A stretch of 63,915 bases of DNA, counting the filler, from Lenisia limosa (Eukaryota; Protista; Breviatea): the NCBI GenBank assembly GCA_001655205.1. It is 14 parts of 14 records of this genome, joined end to end, with 100 filler letters (N's around TTAATTAATTAA, not from the genome) between each part and the next. Parts side by side here need not be neighbours in the genome. Positions count along the whole stretch, not along the records: positions 50,519 to 59,369 come from LPNZ01006420.1; positions 59,470 to 61,352 come from LPNZ01001924.1; positions 61,453 to 63,915 come from LPNZ01010632.1; 11 more parts are not named here. One strand, written 5' to 3'. A program made the translations under genes and the position numbers. The notes under the pieces were generated by a model that was given only the letters and a program-made list of their open reading frames with translations, made no database searches and had not been told where the DNA came from. Numbering within the stretch: the stretch's first letter is position 1; each line of letters opens with the position of its first letter. Shown here one piece after another: positions 57,853-63,915 of the stretch.

Positions 57853-59369
57853 CTAACAGTATAATACCTTCGCTTCCAGAATGACTGCTTCAACTTGCCT
57901 TCCTCCTCTTCCTCTTCCTCTTCCTCTTCCCCTTTCTCTTCCTCTTTCATTCCCTTTAGTGGCCTCTAAAAAGATAAGAATGATTAATTGTAATGAGCAT
58001 TTCTTACCAAGCTGTTGCTTTCTCCGGATTGCTTTGAGTCCGCCAGTGGCCTCAATCGCGGCTGGTCCCAACGCGACTCCGTCCTTCTTGGCAAGCTTTG
58101 GGGTTCTTGGCTTTCTTTGGGGTAGTTCGTCTTTCCAGACCAAAATCTGGCCTTCCTTTTTCTCGACAAGAGTCACACCAGGGGTCGCCCAAACGTGCAA
58201 ACTGTTTTGTCTTGACCCATTGTATCCAGTGGGCCCAGACCAATGGCTTCAATAGCAATTTCAGCAGCCGCGGTTGCTTCCTCTTCAGACAGCTGATGGA
58301 CTAGTCCGTTCACCCTGCAAAATATTGATGCGGTGTGTGACGGTGAAGTTGAGTGCAGACCAGCCAAGGCAGCCCCGGTTGCCACGATTGAAACCTTCTC
58401 AGAAAGGCTCTTCAGCTTGAAGTCGAGTTCTCTCACCAATTTTGACTTCATCTTCAAATTCAATGACAGTTGGACATTCCGCGAGTTGGGTTCTTATTTC
58501 TGCTTCCTCTCTTCTGGTAGCTCTATCCTTGAACTCCCAAAAGGCAGGACTCATGAGGGAGAGGTTTGCCGACCCTGGGGGTGTGCTAACATTGAAGGGT
58601 GTGAATAATTCTTTCAAGTAATTGGGATCATGTGACGATGGTAATTTCAGCGATATGCTCTTCCGGGCAAGTTGAGCTTCTTTTCAATAGCAAAGGGTTC
58701 ATAACCTGCAGTTGAGAACCCACAAGCCTTGGTAGACGCTTTGATGGTTTCTGTAGTGGGATACTCCAGAACAGATCGAACCATATCTGCAATTTGTTCT
58801 TCTGTAATTCTGAACGTATCCGTGAGTACACCAAGGAAACAAGAAGAAATAAACAAGGTACCTACCTTGTTCCATAGACCTTCTGATGATCGTCAATTAG
58901 CTTCCTTAGTTTGAAATTCATATTGGCATGAAGATATGAATCATTTGACTACATTCAATCTGTTAATGTGGCAAACAATAAGCTTTTGAGCTGCTTCACC
59001 ACTGAACTCACCTATAAATTTTGCTCAAGGCCTCCGAGTAACCCAAATAGATTAAGAAGAATTTTACGCATGCTTTCACTGCAACCTCATCGGCTTCTTT
59101 AGGCCTTCCATGCCTTTTGGTATCTTAAAAACAATGTAGTTGTAGCCCCGAACCAGTGGGACCATTTTGAACAGTCCTTTCTGGCTACAATATGAGAAAT
59201 ACATAGTATGCCATGTATGCCTAATCACACCAACCTGGCATTGACGATGACGGTCTGGTTCCATATTTGATCTTTCAATGGAACTCTTGATCAACCCAAA
59301 TACTGTAGATCTTCCTATTTTGATAGAGTTGTTCCTTGCAATACGCTTCACAACAGAGTGGTCCAATTT
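57853..59369 (-). pseudogene. Frameshifted ORF, possibly a pogo-like (DDE_1) transposase C-terminal half
   Basis: KLDHSVVKR resembles QPLD..V.K, and QIADMVRSVLEYPTTETIKASTKACGF resembles the pogo terminal motif (T...I..SF..CG(I/F)). A basic tail and RGRGRGRG follow; there are multiple stops and frameshifts. Confidence 0.35.
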
Positions 59370-59849
59370 NNNNNNNNNNNNNNNNNNNNNNNNNNNNNNN
59401 NNNNNNNNNNNNNTTAATTAATTAANNNNNNNNNNNNNNNNNNNNNNNNNNNNNNNNNNNNNNNNNNNNAAATTGGGAAACTATGGGCAATTAGTGGAGC
59501 AAAAGAGAGAGGAAGCGTATGGGGGTTTCAAATTAAAATAACCCGTCCATATTCTCATGTTTATCAGAGATATTGGGTATTCTCATGTTTATAAGAGATA
59601 TTGGGTGTTAAGGCCTAGTCCACACCACTGTTATTAGGCCTAGTCCACACCACTGTCATGGCATAAGATCATAAGTCCAAACCATGCATATAACACTGAC
59701 TGTAAGGTTTATGACACTGATTGTAACATATTGAAGGGCTTCCCTACGGTTCTAAATAAGACCGAAAACTCTAAATCCTCGATAAATATCGATATTTAAA
59801 TGGTCTTTTTCGGACTGTAGGGAAGCCCAAGTAACAATAATTGAAAACT

Positions 59850-60810
59850 CACATATTGAAGGTAGCTTCGGTATCATAAGTTGGCGTATGTACATTTGAT
59901 TGGCCGAGTTGGCAGCAAGATACGACCTGGGGGGGGGGGGGNNNNNNNNNNNNNNNNNNNNNNNNNNNNNNNNNNNNNNNNNNNNNNNNNNNNNNNNNNN
60001 NNNNNNNNNNNNNNNNNNNNNNNNNNNNNNNNNNNNNNNNNNNNNNNNNNNNNNNNNNNNNNTCACGAAATGAATAATCAGCAAACTCCAAACAAACAAA
60101 AAAACATAAAACAAATACGAGCAGGAGGGTGGGGGGATATTTATTCCGGTTTAAAGTGTGTTAGGGGGAGGGGGTCAAAACCCGTACTGTTATAATGTCA
60201 TATTATTTCATTGTTTTAATAAAATAGTTAATTCAATTGAATCTTCTGATAGGAAATAATGTTAATAGTTCTCTATGCAGAAGCACAGAGTTGTAAGGCA
60301 AGAGCAGGAGGTATTACGACTCCTTAGATAGTAATTGCTTTTGGCTATCTTCACTGACCATCTTCCACTACCTCACAAAAGCCCCCCCCACCTGAAAGAC
60401 ATGCACAAATCCTGACGACTTCTGCTGACATGTTCTTGGCACAGGGGCTAAAAGGTTAAAAAAAATAAGGTATTCGTTTAGAAAGATATATTCTTTCTTT
60501 GTCACCCTTCTCTCTATTATATATTACCAAACTCTCTAATAAAAAAATAAAAAAAATGGAAGTTTCATGCCCCTGACCAGCGAGTTCAAAGAAAATCAAA
60601 TGAAGGAATAAAGAGAAAGGAAACACAGAACAAAATCAAACAAAATAATCAACGGATTGAGCTCAAAGCTGATCCAAGGAGCATAAAGATTGTTTAAAAA
60701 CAGGATTGAACTCAAAGCTAACTAATGCCACCCTACCTTAAGTTTGAACACCGCTTCGTCCCCAGATAGCATCACGGAAATGGCAGAGCTGCCAGCTGCC
60801 AATTCCGGCT
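59850..60810 (-). CDS. Hypothetical protein exon fragments
   Basis: GT-AG bounded segments PELAAGSSAISVMLSGDEAVFKLK (60727-60808) and ~59850-59927; no family recognised. Confidence 0.3.
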
Positions 60811-60814
60811 GCAG

Positions 60815-60953
60815 GGGGAGTAAAATTGAAAATTTATGAAACAAAAAAGCCCAAATCAACTCTGTCGGCTGACAACACACAAGGGTTGAAACAACAAAAC
60901 AAACAAAGTCCAGGCCAGTCGCTTCTGCAGAACCACATCTCATCACTCCAGCG
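60815..60953 (-). repeat. Intron-3' repeat family R1, near full-length copy (~140-150 nt)
   Basis: Sense consensus CGCTGGAGTG..GATG.GG..CTGCAGAAGCGACTGGCCTGGACTTTGTTTGTTTTGTTGTT.TCAACCCTTGTGTGTTGTCAGCC.ACAGAGTTGATTTGGGCTTTTTTGTTTCATAAATTTTC(C)AATTTTAC-Cn. Other copies lie near 2418, 9535, 10480, 14005, 30868, 37778, 41934, 43128, 43809, 44255, 46070, 54925, 61000, 61565 and 62177. Confidence 0.9.
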
Positions 60954-61469
60954 TGCGTGAAATCGTGATTGGAGGGGGAGCGGGTGATACAAAATTTCTG
61001 AAACAAGAAAAGGGGGGCCTGAAACCATCTCTGTTGGCTAGCAACACACGAGGACTGAAAATAACAACAAAGCCCAGATATCATTATTCATGAACGCCCT
61101 CCCCATGTTTTATAATTATTGCTGCCAAGATTATCTTTATATGTACTATTAGAGCTCGTGCAATTACAAATTAATTTCATAATTTGAAATGGAAAATATT
61201 GTAACGAGTGCCATTTCAGCCCATCAAAAAAGTAACTACACGGAGTGCTGTTATTGTTGTACAATAGATTAGATTAAATACTACTATATCCTGACCGCGA
61301 TAAGTCTTGACCGACTTTCCCTTGGAAATCACATAGCACATCGGTCAAGACTNNNNNNNNNNNNNNNNNNNNNNNNNNNNNNNNNNNNNNNNNNNNTTAA
61401 TTAATTAANNNNNNNNNNNNNNNNNNNNNNNNNNNNNNNNNNNNNNNNNNNNATTTTTAATAGGAACCC

Positions 61470-63266
61470 CCCCCCCCAGGCAAACCAGCGCCTCTTTCGC
61501 CAGCTACTATGGCAGCAGTGAAGGGGAGGGAGATCATCATTCCCATGACGAGGAAAGCTGCGTTGTGAAAATGGACAATTTATGAAACAAAAACCGGAAT
61601 TGGGCAATGTATGAAACAGCAAAAAACTTGGATTTTGAAAATATCCCCTCTCTCCTTTCATATTTTCAACTTCTACCCCCCATGATATATTTAAATATAC
61701 CCCACTCCCCATATCATCTTAAATCAAAAGACCATAGTATCGTATAAACCCCCCATATTATATCTCACCAAGAATGGTTCTTGCACTATCATCAGTGACA
61801 CTAGTTCCGGGCTGGGTGAGTCGCTGGAGATTGACAAAGGATGGCTTGAACTTGGTGGGAACCCCGTTGTCCCCCAGGTATTTGGCTGGGGGGGGGGGGG
61901 NNNNNNNNNNNNNNNNNNNNNNNNNNNNNNNNNNNNNNNNNNNNNNNNNNNNNNNNNNNNNNNNNNNNNNNNNNNNNNNNNNNNNNNNNNNNNNNNNNNN
62001 NNNNNNNNNNNNNNNGCATTTGGGGAGTACATCAGAGTTAAAAACAACAAAACAGGGAAAATAGAGTGTTTGCATGACTCAACGTAGCGTACCGAAGAAA
62101 AGGTTGGAGTAGACGTGGGGAATCAAAGCCCTCGATGTTGGCAAAGTGGAAATAAGGTCGATAGGAGCATCCTGGGGAGGGGCGGGGCGTTAAATTGGAA
62201 AATCTATGAAACAAAAAATCAACTCTATTACGAGGGGTGATAACAACAAAACAAACAAAGCCCAAGCCAGTCGCTTNNNNNNNNNNNNNNNNNNNNNNNN
62301 NNNNNNNNNNNNNNNNNNNNNNNNNNNNNNNNNNNNNNNNNNNNNNNNNNNNNNNNNNNNNNNNNNNNNNNNNNNNNNNNNNNNNNNNNNNNNNNNNNNN
62401 NNNNNNNNNNNNNNNNNNNNNNNNNNNNNNNNNNNNNNNNNNNNNNNNNNNNNNNNNNNNNACTGAGGCGGAGACTGCAGGCATAGCCTTGGCTCCCCTG
62501 GGTGTAATTACGTAAATAATGTAATATAATTGAAATCTCTGGGTGTAAGTAATGTGATTTTACCGTTCTTTTTCCGAACCGAAGTGAAACCCTAAGTGTA
62601 TCCCCCACCCCTCCCACTGTTGGTAGAACTCAACCCATTTATTGAGACAAATAGTGGATGTTTCGTTGAAAGCTGCCATAGCGCATCCGTCTCTATCGCT
62701 CAGCAGGTCGAACGTCAAAGAATCGTACCAGTAGTTGCTATATTTGGTAAGTGTTGTGATGCTATATACATATGTATATCAATAAGAATTAAAAAATAAG
62801 GTTGTATCTGGCCAAAGCCGTCCACACCATCACGATTATAAGAGATATTATAGTATAATAGTAATTTACCCAGTCATTGGTAAGTGACTGAAATTATTTA
62901 ACGGCAAGTCAAGATCCAGCTAACAATTAAGTATCCCAAAAAGGAAAGTTGTGAAGATGTATCCAAATAAAATACCCAGGCCTTCCCTACGGTTCACAAG
63001 ACTGAAGTTCTCGATATCCTTGATATATCATTTATCAATATTTTACCAGTCTTTTTGGGACCGTAGGAAAGACCTAATAAGGCTTCTAAGACTTACCAAA
63101 TACGGCAAGTCCACCCCAGCCAACTTGAAGAAAGGCAGCCTGTTTTTGAGTTGTTCGGCGGTGTAATCCGAGGCTTCAACAGGAGCCCACGGGGTGCCTG
63201 CAAAGTCTGCGGCCGGACCAACAGGACCGACGGTTGTGGAGAGAATGGAGTCGAAGGTGACTGGGT
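61470..63266 (-). CDS. Membrane protein fragment, ABCA-type transporter-like (ectodomain followed by transmembrane segment)
   Basis: Phase-consistent splicing VTFDSILSTTVG...FFKLAGVDLP-NYWYDSLTFDLL...NKWVEFYQQ-GAKAMPAVS..DAPIDLISTLPTSRALIPHVYSNLFF-AKYLGDNG...DSARTIL-AFLVMGMMISLPFTAAIVAGERGAGL. The last segment fits the ABCA TM + (I/L)V.E(R/K)..G(L) motif. No nucleotide-binding domain is seen. Confidence 0.45.
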
Positions 63267-63499
63267 AGGATGGGTTATTTTTCGCTATGTTGTATGATAT
63301 AAATACGCATAAATGATCTATATCATGTATATATGTAGATAGTATCGATATGTATCTAATATGGATATGTATGTGATATGATAGTTCACACGTGTGAAAA
63401 TGACCCAAAAAGTGAGATTTACATATTTAGTGACCTGCTTAGTTGTGAAATTCTTCCCGCAAACCTTTAGAGTCTTTAGCGAGAGAAAGGGGTGCTAAA

Positions 63500-63915
63500 A
63501 AGTGAGACTGGAAGAGGAAAGGTGAGTGACAGACTGGAAGAGGAAAGGTGAGGGCAATAAAGTCTCTACCGAAACTAGGATCATAAAGATAAAGTCTATA
63601 TTGAAACTAGGAGATCTCAAGATAAAGTCTCTTTTGAATAGGATCATAAAGATAAAGTCTATTGAAACCAGGGTCATAAAGATCCTGCGGTTGAGTTCGA
63701 CATGAAGAGGAAAGGGGAGTAAAAGGGAGACAAGAAGAGGGTATATTCTCTTAGCAAAAATAAAACTGTTGCTATTTTTAGACCCCCCCCCTACTAGGGA
63801 TGCTTCGGAAAACATTCATCTTAGGCAAGGCATTTTGATCCTAAAGGGTGAACACACTATATTAGGAAGGTGATCATACTATATTAGGAAGGTGATCATA
63901 CTATATTAGGAAGGT
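63500..63915. repeat. Cluster of short tandem duplications, ending in a 23-bp unit (ACTATATTAGGAAGGTGATCAT+A) x2.7
   Basis: GTGAC/AGACTGGAAGAGGAAAGGTGAG x2, GGATCATAAAGATAAAGTCTATT x2-3, and the terminal 23-mer array. Confidence 0.8.

Noticed and set aside
50519-59369. Endogenous giant virus or Polinton insertion in the AT-richer scaffold
   Set aside because: No capsid, packaging ATPase, polymerase B or integrase motifs were found; most of the region resolves into spliced host-type exons.

Overview
Eukaryotic, intron-dense draft genome sequence. It is not one locus: 13 artificial 100-bp linkers (44 N + TTAATTAATTAA + 44 N) join 14 scaffolds, and many further N gaps sit at G/C homopolymers. 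By manual splicing I recognise two near-complete genes, Miro GTPase (+, 29.3-35.8 kb) and Hsp110 (-, 36.2-41.6 kb). Also recognised are an ACOT13-like hotdog thioesterase, an ankyrin-repeat gene, a transportin-3/importin-13-like karyopherin and a cathepsin Z/X fragment. PDS5-like, ABCA-like and NACHT-associated fragments are weaker calls, and there are several coiled-coil or orphan genes. The gene set suggests a protist with mitochondria, but the species is not identified. The most striking unexplained structure is in the introns. A ~150-nt repeat family sits at intron 3' ends in the host gene's sense orientation (15 of 16 copies), and introns tend to start with a G-run and end with a C-run. 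There are also several TA-flanked MITE families, a ~900-bp TIR element with an internal near-perfect hairpin, and two possible pogo-like transposase relics. No database searches were run; all calls rest on manual translation and motif recognition, and exon coordinates are approximate.
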